From assembly GCF_006345805.1 (NCBI RefSeq), contig NC_043017.1, positions 11,470,001 to 11,534,000 of the forward strand: 64,000 nt of DNA. The letters are read 5' to 3'. The stretch is from Octopus sinensis (lineage: Eukaryota). This document shows positions 1-12,552 of this stretch, in pieces (positions within the stretch are counted from its first letter, which is position 1; each line of letters begins with the position of its first letter). Both the position numbers and the translations under genes were made by a program. A model generated the notes under the pieces. The model saw nothing but the letters and a program-made list of their open reading frames with translations, was not told the origin of the DNA and did no database searches.

Positions 1-208
1 ATACAGGTACAACAGAAACAGGAAGTAAGAGTGAGAGAAAGTTGTGGTGAAAGAGTACAGCAGGGATCACCACCATCCCTGCCGGAGCCTCATGGAGCTT
101 TAGGTGTTTTTGCTCAATAAACACTCACAACGCCCGGTCTGGGAATCGAAACCGCGATCCTACGACCGCGAGTCCGCTGCCCTAACCACTGGGCCATTGC
201 GCCTCCAC
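1..208 (-). mobile_element. tRNA-derived SINE family A, 5' half (cut by window edge)
   Basis: Reverse complement starts GTGGAGGCGCAATGGCCCAGTGG (A box) ... GGTTTCGATTCC (B box); matches the copies at 3194, 7814 and 9704. Confidence 0.9.
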
Positions 209-1032
209 TGTTGACTACATTAACCACTAAGCCACAAGCCTCATTTGACAATGGGGATTGAGTTACCTGTTCAACTGGATGGACTGCTTCTGGATTAACA
301 TGGCTGAGTATTCCAGAGGTATGTGTACCTTCACGTAATTCACAGGTAATATTAATCTGACACAGTGTGTAACAAGACAGTACTTTTTTCAATTACAGGT
401 AAAACCCACCTGATGGGTCTCTCTACACCTGACATTTACTTCCTTTAACCCTCCTTCAGCATTTAAAGGCATCTGGTTTAACAATTAGGGCTCGTGAGTG
501 TAAAGTTCTGACTTCCATACTCAGGGGTGCACTGTGTCCTTCAGCAAGACACTTCATTTCACTTTATTGCTCCAGTCAACTCAGCTGGCAAAAATGAGTT
601 GTACCTGTAATTCAAAGGGCCAGCCTTGTCACATTTTGCGTCACACTGGATCTCCCCAGGAACTACATTAAGGATATGTGTATTTGTGGAATGTCTGGCC
701 ACTTGGACGTTAATCTCTTGAGCAGGTTATTCCATTGATCGGATCACCTGAACCCTTGATGTAACTGATGGAGAGCCAGTCTAGCATTGAAACCAGCCAT
801 ATCTGGCCTACATGTTCCATTTGTCTTCTGTTCATACAAGCCATATCTGGCCCCTTACACTTACCCTGAAATGTCATTCTAGAAATAAGCAAACACATCA
901 CTGAAATCTCAAAGTTATTAGATTATGCATGATTAATCCAAAACAAAATGAGTAAATAAGCAAGATATTTGTTGACAGAATAATTTGAATGCTAAAGGGT
1001 CAAACCCTTTAATCCCTACATAGCACAGGCCA

Positions 1033-1232
1033 TCAATGACTTTTCTCTTCTTGACTTGGGGACTTCCTTTTCTGCCCCTCTCCAATTGGATTCCTGCTTT
1101 TCCTTACAGTTTCTTTTCCAATTTCCCTAAGGGGAGGAGGCTGCCTTCCTCTCCCAGGTCTTGATGGTTTTGAATTGTCATCAATGCTTCTAGAACTTTC
1201 CTTTTTTATCTTGGTTGAGGTAGGTACTGGTG
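1033..1232 (-). CDS. Candidate terminal exon: basic Lys/Arg/Ser/Pro-rich tail (PVPTSTKIKKESSRS...KRKSPSQEEKSH*)
   Basis: After gtttgtgtag|CA the phase-1 frame is open for 65 codons to TGA at 1035-1033; purine-rich. The acceptor has a weak pyrimidine tract; an internal ACT|gtaagg donor at 1107 is an alternative end. Confidence 0.3.
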
Positions 1233-1791
1233 CTACACAAACCTATTTTTACCTCTGAGTGTGTGGCCTCTATCCTTTGACCTGTCCAGCATGGGAGTGT
1301 AGGGGTGAGAGCAGGGGCTACCAGGAGCTGGCACTCTACTAGCATAATCTCAGGGTCACTGAGATATACAAACCACAACACCACAAGGACTGGACAAAAT
1401 TTCACACAGAAGTTGCAGGTTGACCCTTGACCCAAAGCTATAAAAAAATCATACTGCTGCCCCAAATGCAGCATTATGGGTTTGAACCAATGTCCTCATG
1501 GTTGCAAAGCAAACTTCTTAACCATTTGACTATACATGCACCGATACCTAACAATAAAATGGAAGGAAAATCATCAACATCATCATCACCATCATCATAA
1601 TTGTTTTAACCTTTAAAACATTTACGTGCATGTATGGAGTGGACAGAATTTTGCTGAGCCAAATTTTTCCATGACTGGATGCCTTACCTGTCACAAACCT
1701 TCACCTGTTTCCATGCAAGGTAATTCCCCATAACCAGATATATTTTCACAGAAGATTAGATATGAATGTAATCGAAAATAATCATACTTAC

Positions 1792-1980
1792 ATAAACACC
1801 TTGGCGGTTCATTATCCCAGACACCCCTGGCTTGGCAATTCAGAGTTGCAGATCCGATAAGCTTCATGCCATCGGCGCAGGAATAAATCACATGACGAAC
1901 TGGTTCGTCTCGTATTCGCGCTTCTCCGTTCTCAATTTCAGGAGGTGCCCCACACAACTCGTTCAGTTTTTCTCGACTCA
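1792..1980 (-). CDS. Sushi/CCP exon 4 (SREKLNELCGAPPEIENG...VIYSCADGMKLIGSATLNCQARGVWDNEPPRCL)
   Basis: Acceptor ttgtttatttttattag|TG, donor T|gtaagt; 189 nt, phase 1-1; textbook CCP consensus. Confidence 0.93.
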
Positions 1981-2421
1981 CTAATAAAAATAAACAAGGA
2001 AGAAATACTTATTTCAGTCAGGAATATTTTAAACCGTTTCAAAAAATAGCATTTTAGTCTCCGCCTCCCTCCTTCTTCTTTTACAAAAATAACAACAATA
2101 ACAAAATATCTCATGTAGCCATGACATACATATGCGTGTGTGTGTGTGTGCGTGCGCATGTATGTGAATGCATAAGCAAGTGTATATATGTATATACATA
2201 AATACGTGTGTATATATGTATATAAATATATATGTGTGCATAAATATATATATATATATTTTTATGTGTGTGTATACATATGCATATACATATATATATT
2301 CTATATAGATGTAGAAATATATATAAAATATGTGTGTGTGTATATATATATATATTATATATATATATACATATATATATATATACACACGTGTGTGTAG
2401 AAATATATATATATATATATA

Positions 2422-2468
<47 letters not shown>

Positions 2469-2511
2469 TGTGTGTGTAGAAATATATATATATAATATAT
2501 ATATGCATGTG

Positions 2512-2547
<36 letters not shown>

Positions 2548-3193
2548 TAATTATATTTACACACATATAAGTGAACATATGCATGTATGTATGTTTGTGT
2601 GTATACATTCAATCACTCTCTCTCTCTCTCTCTTTCACATACACACATAAACAGGAGGCATACATGCGTTATCAAATTCTTCCAAAAACGGTACTCCAAC
2701 AATAACAGCATTACAACTATTCAAAGACTGTAATAGTCTGGGGTGAAAATAAAAACAACATCATGCGAAGAATTGTTAGAATAGGGAAATAAAAGCTGTT
2801 CAGATTCTCAGATTCTTGAACTCTACAAACAAAAAGCAGCTCTTCTAACATCGCAGTTTATGTATTCTGATCTCAATGTTCTTATTTCTTGGAGTTACTG
2901 GTGTATATGTTTAATGGTGGGAAAATGGGACTTGAAAAGGATCATTAGCTCATTGCCTGAAAAGTACCATCAGCTCTTTATTAGTGCATTGCCTCATCTT
3001 TTAGAAGGTACCACCAGATCCTTGTCTGGAAAGTACCAGACATGTGAAGAAGCAGGGTCATGTGAACCGAAATGCATTTAACTCAATAAGAATGGTGACC
3101 TCATTGTAGGGTACACTTTTACAAACAACTCTCGGGTACTGTTTCACAAACATCTTTACGGTGTCCTTTTACGAATATCTCTACGGTACCCTT

Positions 3194-3565
3194 GTGGAGG
3201 CGCAATGGCCCAGTGGTTAGGGCAGCGGACTCGCGGTTTCGATTCCGAGACCGGGCGTTGTAAGTGTTTATTGAGCGAAAACACCTAAAAGCTCCACGAG
3301 GCTCCGGCAGGGGATGGTGGTGATCCCTGCTGTACTCTTTCACCACAACTTTCTCTCACTCTTACTTCCTGTTTTTGTTGTACCTGTATTTCAAGGGGCC
3401 GGCCTTGTCACTCTCTGTGTCACGCTGAATATCCCCGAGAACTACGTTAAGGGTGCACGTGTCTGTGGAGTGCTCAGCCACTTACATGTTAATTTCACGA
3501 GCAGGCTGTTCCGTTGATTCGGATCAACTGGAACCCTCATTGTCGTAACCGACAGAGTGCTTCCA
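3194..3565 (+). mobile_element. SINE family A with 13-bp TSD
   Basis: TSD CTACGGTACCCTT at 3181-3193 and 3566-3578; pol III A/B boxes; small deletion in the head. Confidence 0.93.
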
Positions 3566-4186
3566 CTACGGTACCCTTTTATTAACATCTTTAGGGTCCC
3601 CTTTTATGAGAATCTAGCACTTCTCACAATAGCCTTTTTAATATTCTATTTCCAAATTTATTTTTGCCTTTTTGTTTTACGTCGATGAGGACTAAATATA
3701 AGACATGGACCAAGAGATGAATTGTTGTTGTTGATTACTAAGATGTCAAAGTGGTAAAATCATTTGCAATTTGAACAAAATGTTTAGCATCTGAGTTCAA
3801 ATCCTGCTGAAGTCAACTTTGCCTTACATCCTTTCAGGGTCAATAAAATAAGTGGCATTTGATCTCTGGGATCAATGGAATCAACTTGCCCTCCTCCTCC
3901 AAAATTGCTGGCCTTGTATCAAAATTTGAAACCATCATTAATTAAACCTGTGCATGAATTAGGAAATGGTGGTGAGTGAAAATTTAGCACATAGAATTAT
4001 AAGTCTTCATTAAATATTAACTCTAGAAAATAGTCTAATATTAGGGTATATAATGGAAAAGAAAAAAGGAGTGGATGTTGATGTAATTGATCAACACAAT
4101 TATCATGAAAATAAGAGGTGTGGGTTCAATTCCAGCATGTACTGATGCCTATTTTTTTTACTGTCATATGAGTTTATCTGCCTTAA

Positions 4187-4406
4187 CCCTTTCGTTACTG
4201 TATTTATTTTGAGATGCTCTGTGTTTCTTTTAATTACTTTAAATATAACAAAGAATTTAGTAAAATAACTTAGTTATCATTAAGCTAGTGTTAGGAGCAT
4301 AAATTGAAACTAAAGTTTGGAGGAAGATTTTAATTCAAAACTTATGAAAACGAGACATTTGTACTCAGGGCCAGAGCCGGTTTCAGCCGGGTTGGTAACA
4401 AAAGGG
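4187..4406. mobile_element. 220-bp TTAA-flanked MITE (piggyBac-like termini CCCTTT...AAAGGG)
   Basis: TTAA at 4183-4186 and 4407-4410; a same-length, near-identical copy lies at 60011-60230. Confidence 0.85.
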
Positions 4407-5039
4407 TTAATATTAGATTATTTTCGAAAGACAGTATGGTGTGAAAGCTTATAATTTTATTTATTAAATCATTATCATTATTATTTTTATTTTATTTTTG
4501 CAAAAGATGGGTATGTATTTGTTAAACATCATTTGGTGAAATGGGTTGCTGTAGCCCTTAGCAGACCGTTTTGTGGAATTTAAGATGCTTTTTTTAAACA
4601 TGCTTCTAAAGTTAATCCACAAGTCCATTATGTTATCTGAGATTATAGAAAATGCCAAACTCTGGTGGTTTGTTTTGAATGGAACCTAGAACATGAAACA
4701 AATTATTGTTTGGGTCAAAGACATTAGTTTTTGTTTTCCCACTTTAATGATATATTGAAGGGTGGGAAGGATTAGAACCTGTGACCTCTAAGGTTGGAAT
4801 GTTGCAAAGTTGTAAAGTCTTAGTTTGGAAGTGAAAATTCTAGTGAGATTGACTTGACATTTTTAAGCTTGTGTGTGTATGGGAAGGGTGGGAATGATAT
4901 TGGACGGTTTAAGTAATTAATATATACAGACACATATGTATATACATACACACACACACACATACACACACACACAAACCTGTATATATTTGTTGGTGGA
5001 GACAAGGATGTTGATAGGATTGGTGGTTATATTATATAA

Positions 5040-7008
5040 TCATCATCATCATCGTTTAATGTCCGCTTTCCATGCTGGCATGGGTTGGATGATTTGACTG
5101 GGGACTGGTGAGCCAGATGGCTGCACCAGGCCCCAATCTTGATCTGGCAGAGTTTCTACAGCTGGATGCCCTTCCTAATGCCAACCACTCCGAGAGTGTG
5201 GTGAGTGCTTTTATGTGCCACTGGCACGAGGGCCAGTCAGGCAGTACTGGCAACAGCTACACTCAAATGGTGTTTTTACATGTCACCTACACAGGAGCCA
5301 GTCTAGCGGCACTGGCAATGACCTTACTCGAATGGAAGCTATCAACTTCTAGTTTTTCTCCCTGGAATCTGGTGGAAGTTGTTCTCTGCACATTTTCAAT
5401 GTTTATTGCTCCTGAGCATCTGCCACATACAAAACTATTTTCCCAGTTAGCCTTCCTTTGACATTGCTGCACCTCTTATGTGTCCATAGCTTACACTGGA
5501 GGACTATAATAAATAGGAGGTGGCTGGGGACTGAATCTTGGTGAACCTCCACCTCTACTCGGAATTCTTCACTGTACTCAATGCCAAACCTCACCTTACT
5601 GACAGCGTCCCTGTACATGGCTTGCACAGCTCTCACTAAACATTCATCTATCCCTAGTTTCCTCATTGACCACCAGATAAGAGATTGGGGGACCCTGTCA
5701 AAAGCTTTCTCCATGTCAACAAAAGCCAGGTACAGAGGTTTATCTTTGGCTAGGTATTTCTCCTGCAGCTGTCTTACCAGAAATATAGCATCAGTGGTGC
5801 TTTTCCCTGGCACAAACCCAAACTGCATCTCATCTAAACTGACTCTCTCCCTAATTAGTTGGGATATGACCCTCTCCATGACCTTGATTACCTGATGCAA
5901 CAACTTGATACATCTGTAATTATTTGTATCTAAAGCGTCACCTTTACCTTTGAAGCAGTTGACTATTATGCTGCTACACCAGTCATTGGGTTGACTCCTT
6001 CGTGTATCACCTGGTTAACTATATGGGTGACTAGGCTATAGCCAATACCACCAGATATTTTGAGCATCTCTGCAATGATTCCTGATGGGCCGGGGGCTTT
6101 CTCTGTCCTCATACTCTTAATTGCTTTATCTACCAAGATACTGTCAATTTGGATAGCTGGTCCCTCTGTTGGGTCGACATTTGGCAGACTTTCTTTGTCC
6201 CATTCATTTTCTTTATGAGCAACCTTTCAAAGTGGTGTCTCCAAACCTCTCTCTTTGCAGCCTTGTTTAGTGCAAGTGAACCATCATCCATGCAGACACA
6301 TTTCTCTCCTACGACATCATGATTCTCTCTTGCACACTGTCTTGCAACATGAAATACCTCAAGTCTTTGGTCCTCATGGCGCAGAACGTTGGCGAATTTT
6401 TTCATATCTGCTTCCCCTCTGGTTATATAAACCTGTCTCCTAGCTTCCCTTCTGGCAGTCTGATACAATTCCCTGCTACCACCGTTCTTTAAGTCCTTTC
6501 AAGCCTGTTTCTTTTCTCTAATAGCCCTGTCAAAAACATTGTTCCACCACCATGTTATTTCGAGTCATAAGGGGACTTTGCACCATCCACAGATCTGGTC
6601 AGTGGCCCTCAGTGGGTTGCCCTGTAGAAACCTTCAGTCGTCTTCTACATCGTGTGAAGATATATTCCCTTCTATTTCGTCAAAGGTTTGAGTAATATGT
6701 CTCTAAATCTCTGTCCATTTGCAGGATCTTTAAGCTTCTACACCCTTCTCCTCCATGCTGGTCTTCTTCTGGGCATCCATTTAGCCCTGATCCTGAAGTC
6801 GCTAACTACCAGTCTATGTTGTGGCGTACATTCTTCGCCTGGGAAGGTTTTGGCATTTATAAGTGGCCATCTTTCCCTTTTTCTGTCAAGGATGTAGTCA
6901 ATTTGGCTAGTGTGTCTACCAGAACAGTAGGTGACTAGGTGACTGGCAGGTTTTCTGAAGTTAGTATTGCAAACCATCAGATCATTTGCATCGCAGAACT
7001 GACACTCT
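5040..7008 (-). mobile_element. Decayed RTE-type LINE: endonuclease C-terminus, RT fragments, internal deletions, 3' UTR with (GAT)n tail
   Basis: Peptides SQIDYIL (APE), QFGFVPGKSTTDAIF and LAFVDMEKAFDRVP (RT); frameshifts and stops; (CAT)n at ~5040. Confidence 0.9.
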
Positions 7009-7066
7009 TACTACTAAGTCATGTACCATAACACAGCATAACAAAGCATAAAGTAAAATAACATAC

Positions 7067-7249
7067 CAGTACAGTTAATGTAAGGTCCACGCCACTTGCC
7101 CCGGAAACACCATGCCAAATTGATGCCTGTCTGGTGGTATCCCTCGTTGCATTTATACGACACAGTGGTTTTTTCTCGAAACTGTTTCTGGTCGGGATAA
7201 GATGTAATAAGCTCAGTGTTTGGAACACTCCGAGGTCTTCCACACTGTT
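7067..7249 (-). CDS. Sushi/CCP exon 3 (QCGRPRSVPNTELI...VSYKCNEGYHQTGINLAWCFRGKWRGPYINCT)
   Basis: Acceptor acatattacag|AA, donor G|gtatgt; 183 nt, phase 1-1; canonical CCP motif including Y.C..GY. Confidence 0.9.
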
Positions 7250-7813
7250 CTGTAATATGTAATACGGAAAAAAAATAAAAGAAAACAACAAGAGCGAAAA
7301 ACAAACAACAAACACGAATGGCTATATTGTATATTATGTTTGATGTGTGACAAACCCCTCCCACTCCCATCAACTGCCATTTACTGAAAAGCCCGTTTTG
7401 TCATAGGACCATTGTTATCGTCATCGTCATCATTTAACACCCAACTTACCATGTTTTTCTGGGGTTGAACAGAATTTATTTGAGGCAGATCTTCTATGGC
7501 TGGATGCCCTCCCTGTCACTAACCCTCACCTGATTCCAAACAAAGTCATATTTCTTTATGGCTGGACATGTTTCCACAGAATGTTGGAAATGAATGACAC
7601 TGCTTGTGTGACAGTGAATCTCATTTACAATTATCACGTGATATCAAGACACAAACATACATACACACACACACACAAAAAAAATATATACATACATACA
7701 TTTACATATACATGTGTGTGTTTCAACATGGAGAATGGAGTGAGCTGCTCATTTTATTGCATAATTCCATTATTGCTTCATTAATGCTTTACCAGAAAAA
7801 TTATAGCTGGAAT

Positions 7814-8199
7814 GTGGAAGCACTCCGTCGGTTATGACAACGAGGGTTCCGGTTGATCCGATCAACGGAACAGCCTGCTCGTGAAATTAACGTGTAAGTG
7901 GCTGAGCACTCCACAGACACGTGTACCCTTAACGTAGTTCTCGGGGATATTCAGCGTGACACAGAGAGTGACAAGGCTGGCCCTTTGAAATACAGGTACA
8001 ACAGAAACAGGAAGTAAGAGTGAGAGAAAGTTGTGGTGAAAGAGTACAGCAGGGATCACCACTATCCCCTGCCGGAGCCTCGTGGAGCTTTTAGGTGTTT
8101 TCGCTCAATAAACACTCACAACGCCCGGTCTGGGAATCGAAACCGCGATCCTACGACCGCGGGTCCGCTGCCCTAACCACTAGGCCATTGCGCGTCCAC
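7814..8199 (-). mobile_element. SINE family A, full length, 12-bp TSD
   Basis: TSD TATAGCTGGAAT at 7802-7813 and 8200-8211. Confidence 0.95.
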
Positions 8200-8609
8200 T
8201 ATAGCTGGAATATTTTGATATAAATCATGAGATTAATATTATTCCAGCATCACTGGAAAATGTCGACTCTTCAAGTCTATGAATGAATCTAGTTGTATCT
8301 TATAGCCAATACCCATGGGACAAGCTTTATAATGTAAACTCCAGGGTTAAAAAACTCAAATGGAATTTATATATGTGTGTGCGTGTGTTTACAAAAATAC
8401 ATACATACACATATATACATGCACACACATATATACATGCACACACATAAAATCACAATCATGGCAGATACTGGTGTCACACAAATGGCACCCATGCCAG
8501 TGGTACATAAAAGCACCCCACTGATCCCGCCCCTGGATCACAATTGACTCGGGGCTAAATAACAACAAAACAATAACAGCAATGGAGGAATACAAAAATG
8601 TTAACTTAC

Positions 8610-8786
8610 TCATGCAGAAGAAGCTGGCTGCTTTCCATTTACCATTGCGACACACGGTCGTAGCACTCCCAAGGGTCAGTCGACCATATTTGCAACGGTA
8701 TTCTATGACCATATATGGAGGGTAACGGTCTTTAGTAGAGTTGACGGGGTAAGCTCTGGGTGAGTCGGGTGGTTTACCACACATTT
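8610..8786 (-). CDS. Sushi/CCP exon 2 (MCGKPPDSPRAYPVNSTKDRY...IEYRCKYG...VCRNGKWKAASFFCM)
   Basis: Acceptor tttgtttccaatccag|AA, donor A|gtaagt; 177 nt, phase 1-1; C..PP..Y.C..G..C..G.W..C pattern. Confidence 0.9.
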
Positions 8787-9340
8787 CTGGATTGGAAACA
8801 AAAGATAGAAATATATGGAACAACATGAAACATAAACTAAAAACAAACAAGTGATAATCAAACAAACAACAAAAATAGGGGAAGGAAATATTTGTGTGTG
8901 TGTGTGTGTTGTAACCGAGTCTTGATGTCACATGATTTCCTAGTTTCCAAGGTACATATATCTTCCCCCCACCTGGATGGGATGCCAGTCCATTGCATGA
9001 TTACTCATTCTTGTCAGCTGAGTGGCCTGGAGCAACAAGAAATGAAGTGTTTTGCTCAAGAGTACATTGCATCACCCTGTCCAGGAATTGAAACCACAAT
9101 CTTCTGATCAGGTGTGCAACACCCTCACCACTAAGCCATGCACCTTCACATGATAGAGGGACAGGATCAGGTGTCTTGCTGTAGAGGAAATACACGGCTA
9201 CTCAGCATTATATAAGGGTAGGTGGGATTAAATGGATCTGATGAAGCCTCAGGGAGAGACAGATGCTAAAATGTTGACGATGATGATGATGAAGATGGAG
9301 ATGGTGTGGAATGAAGAAGAAACAAGAGGCACCCACTTAC

Positions 9341-9544
9341 TTTCGCATATCATGTCCGGACCAATCCAACGTGTTCTTTGGTGGTTCTTGATGATACACA
9401 TGGCTGTTGTAATTCCGAATGCATAGAAGTTATCTTTACATGTGTAGTTGACGTATCCTCCGACTGGAACTCTCTGCACGGTTAGCGGGATGGTATTGTC
9501 AACTTTTGGAGGGGAAGGACAAAATGAACGCCTAATGTTAGCAG
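9341..9544 (-). CDS. Sushi/CCP exon 1 (ANIRRSFCPSPPKVDN...VNYTCKDNF...AMC...RWIGPDMICE)
   Basis: Acceptor ttttctcttatttccttcag|CT, donor A|gtaagt; 204 nt, phase 1-1; four Cys plus Trp in CCP spacing; N-glycosylation sequon NYT. Confidence 0.9.
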
Positions 9545-9703
9545 CTGAAGGAAATAAGAGAAAAATAAAATGAAATGTGTAAATAATTAATAGATGATGT
9601 TTATCCTGCCTCCCAGCATGGCCACCACAACTCAGTAACTGTAACCAGTGATATTATGAATTAACTACAATGTTAATTGTCACATAACGAGTAATGCTAT
9701 AAT

Positions 9704-10088
9704 GTGGAGGCACAATGGCCCAGTGGTTCAGGCAGCGGACTCGCGGTCGTAGGATCGCGGTTTCGATTCCCAGACCGGGTGTTGAGTGTTTATTGAGCGA
9801 AAACACCTAAAAGCTCCACGAGGCTCCGGCAGGGATGGTGGTGATCCCTGCTGTACTCTTTCACCACAACTTTCTCTCACTCTTACTTCCTGTTTCTGTT
9901 GTACCTGTATTTCAAAGGGCCGGCCTTGTCACTCTCTGTGTCACGCTGAATATCCCCGAGAACTACGTTAAGGGTACACGTGTCTGTGGAGTGCTCAGCC
10001 ACTTACACGTTAATTTCACGAGCAGGCTGTTACGTTGATCGGATCAACCGGAACCTCGTTGTCGTAACCGACGGAGTGCTTCCAAAAA
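9704..10088 (+). mobile_element. SINE family A, full length, 11-bp TSD
   Basis: TSD AATGCTATAAT at 9693-9703 and 10089-10099; short A tail. Confidence 0.95.
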
Positions 10089-10466
10089 AATGCTATAATA
10101 TATATATGTATGTAGCCTTAATCTTATCTTTTACTTGTTTCAGTCATTAGACTGTGGCCATACTGGAGTACTGCCTTGAAAGGTTTTGGTTGTACTTCAT
10201 GTATGTATGTATGTGCAGATTTGTATGTTTTATGTATGCATTCTCTTGCATATAGTCGCATGTCTAGACATGCTCATATATATTTAAATGATAAACTTCT
10301 TACAGACTTTTACAGTTTTAGTGAAGGATTCGATCTGTAATCTTTGAATCAACTGCTTTCTGGTTTTGAGAAACCTAATTTCTCAAGATACTGCATTATC
10401 TGAGATATCCTATCTTCTTTAAGATGGCAGAGATTTAGCTGCTATTTCTAGCAGGGCGAATGGCTT

Positions 10467-10852
10467 TATCTTTTACTTGTTTCAGTCATTGGACAGCGGC
10501 CATGCTGGGGCACTGCCTTGAAGAATTTTTGTCAAATGAATCGACCCCCAGGACATAATTGATTTGCAAAACCTGGTACTTATTCTATTGATCGCTTTTG
10601 CCAAACCACTAAGTCACAGGGATGTAAACACACCAACACCAGTTGCCAAGTAGTGATGGGGAAAAAACATAGACACACACATAGCTATATAAATATGACG
10701 GGCTTCTTCCAGTTTCCGTCTATCAAATCCATTCATAAGGCTCTGGTTGGACTGAGGCTATAGAAGACACTTGCCCAAGGTGCCACACAGTAAGACTGAA
10801 CCTGGAACCATGTAGTTAGGAAGCAAGCTTCTTACATCACAGCTACACCTAT
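10467..10852 (-). mobile_element. tRNA-derived SINE family D (diverged); extra 3' fragment at ~10122-10180
   Basis: Reverse complement resembles the copy at 63314-63718. Boundaries approximate. Confidence 0.75.
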
Positions 10853-11011
10853 GATGTAGTGACTCTCATTTTTAATCTTTTTTAAATTTAACTCTTTTGT
10901 CACTGGAGACTGCCCTTGGTTCTGTAATACAAACTTCCTATATTAACGTGATTTAAATTCAAACTTTCATCTAAATTCCAAGTTAATCTATTTTCCAAAC
11001 AGCAGCTTAAT

Positions 11012-11513
11012 CATCATCATCATTGTTCGACCGTGGTCGAGACAATGGAATTTACCATGCTACACCAGACTTCACGGTCCATCATGGCATTACGGAGGTC
11101 CTGTTGCTGGATGCCTGTATCCCTGGAGATTACATGAGGGTAGGAGAGTGTGCGCCCTCTGGTATTGCGAGTAGATGGCTTCCAGAGGAGAAGAGTAGAA
11201 ATTACTTCTTTTTCAGCTCTACAACAATGTCCAACAAACTGGACTCTCCTACCTTTCACAAGAGATGACGCAGGTGGTAGTTTCCCATATATTTGCATTT
11301 TGGTTGGATGGCGCTTCCACGAGAGATTTTGAGCTCTCATAAGGAGGCGAGTGTAGGTTCCATCCAACCGCCTCTCAAGCTTCTTTGATAACGTCCAGGT
11401 TTCTGAGCCATATAGTAGAATTGGTTCGACTGTGGCTTTGAATATTTCAAGTTTGAAGTCTCTACTTAGATTTGATGACCAGATCTTATGCATGTCATTA
11501 CATGTCATTACAT
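11012..11513 (-). mobile_element. 5'-truncated RTE-like LINE 3' end with (GAT)n tail and 10-bp TSD
   Basis: ORF ...PILLYGSETWTL...HCCRAEKE... typical of RTE-group C-termini; TSD GCAGCTTAAT at 11002-11011 and 11514-11523. Confidence 0.88.
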
Positions 11514-11849
11514 GCAGCTTAATAATGAAAATTATTTTACTAAATTCTTTGTTGTTTTCAACAGAAATATGCTAACGAAAGACTCCAACATGATCTCAAT
11601 TAAAACCTTCCATCAAAATTTCATGTTAATTTGTTTTGAATATTTTACTAAATTCTTCATTATTTTTCAAAATCAATTGATATAAAGGCAGTGCATGTCA
11701 GCATGAATATGGTAGCAAAAGGGTTAAAGTGATCCCTTACAGGGGCATTTTCAAAACATAGTTATATGTATGCTGTGGATCCTTATTCTCAAAGAATTGA
11801 AAGAAACAATATTTCACATTCAAACTGCGTGGCATGTAACTGACAGCTT

Positions 11850-12552
11850 TAACCCTTTAGTGTTCAGATTATTCCATCAAACATAATGCCTATTGATTCC
11901 CATTGATTTGAATTAATCATGCATTATCTCATATCTTCAAGATCTTGATGGTGTAATTACTTAGTGTAGAATAACATTGTAGGGTAGGTGTGAGAGCCTG
12001 GATCTGGTCAGTTTGAACATAAAACAGATTAAATATTTTGGCCGGATATGGCCGGTTTAAATACTAAAGGGTTAACTCTTTTCAGCTCAAATATTCTACT
12101 TGTTTTATGTTCAAAGTGATCAGATCCAGCCTCTCACACCTACCCTACAATGTCATTCTATAGATAAGCAATCACATCATTGGAATCTAGACGTTATGAG
12201 ACAATTCCTGATTCATTCAAAACAAACTGAATAAGTAAGCATCAAATTTGACAGAGAAACCTGAGCTCTGAAGGCTTAAATGACGGTTTTGCCTTCTATT
12301 CTAACACGTTTTCCTCATAATTCATTAACCCTTTAGCATTTAAACTGGCCATATCCGGCCAAAAGTATTCTGCCTGTTTTATGTTCAAACTGGCCAGATC
12401 TGGTCTCTCACACCAACCCTACAATATCGTTTTAAAAATTAACAGCTACCTCATCAAAATCTCAAAGCTACAAGATGATGCATGATTAGTTCAAAACAAA
12501 GTGGATGAAAAAGCATTAATTTTGGTAGAATAGTGCGAACACTAAAGGGTTA
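11850..12552. mobile_element. Two related AACCCTTTAG...CTAAAGGGTT MITEs (~11850-12074, ~12325-12552)
   Basis: Short terminal inverted repeats in TTAA-like context; the two interiors are reverse-complement relatives. Confidence 0.65.

Noticed and set aside
114-392. 92-aa ORF with an apparent donor (CAG|gtaact)
   Set aside because: Made of a SINE-A copy and a degenerate SINE-A remnant; no CCP features.
2029-2612. Long ORFs such as poly-IY, MCVC and HTYI (also ~12900-13190, 14370-14990, 34350-34960, 44970-45750, 46140-46850, 49430-49980)
   Set aside because: Translations of (TA)n, (TG)n and (TACA)n microsatellites, which lack stop codons by composition.
2664-2737. Exon-like segment on - between CCP3 and CCP4 (strong acceptor, donor gtatgc)
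   Set aside because: 74 nt and open only in a phase-2 frame; the phase-1 frame needed by CCP3 hits TGA after five codons.
9704-9785. tRNA-like sequences at SINE heads
   Set aside because: A/B boxes are present but run directly into SINE bodies with TSDs; no complete cloverleaf.
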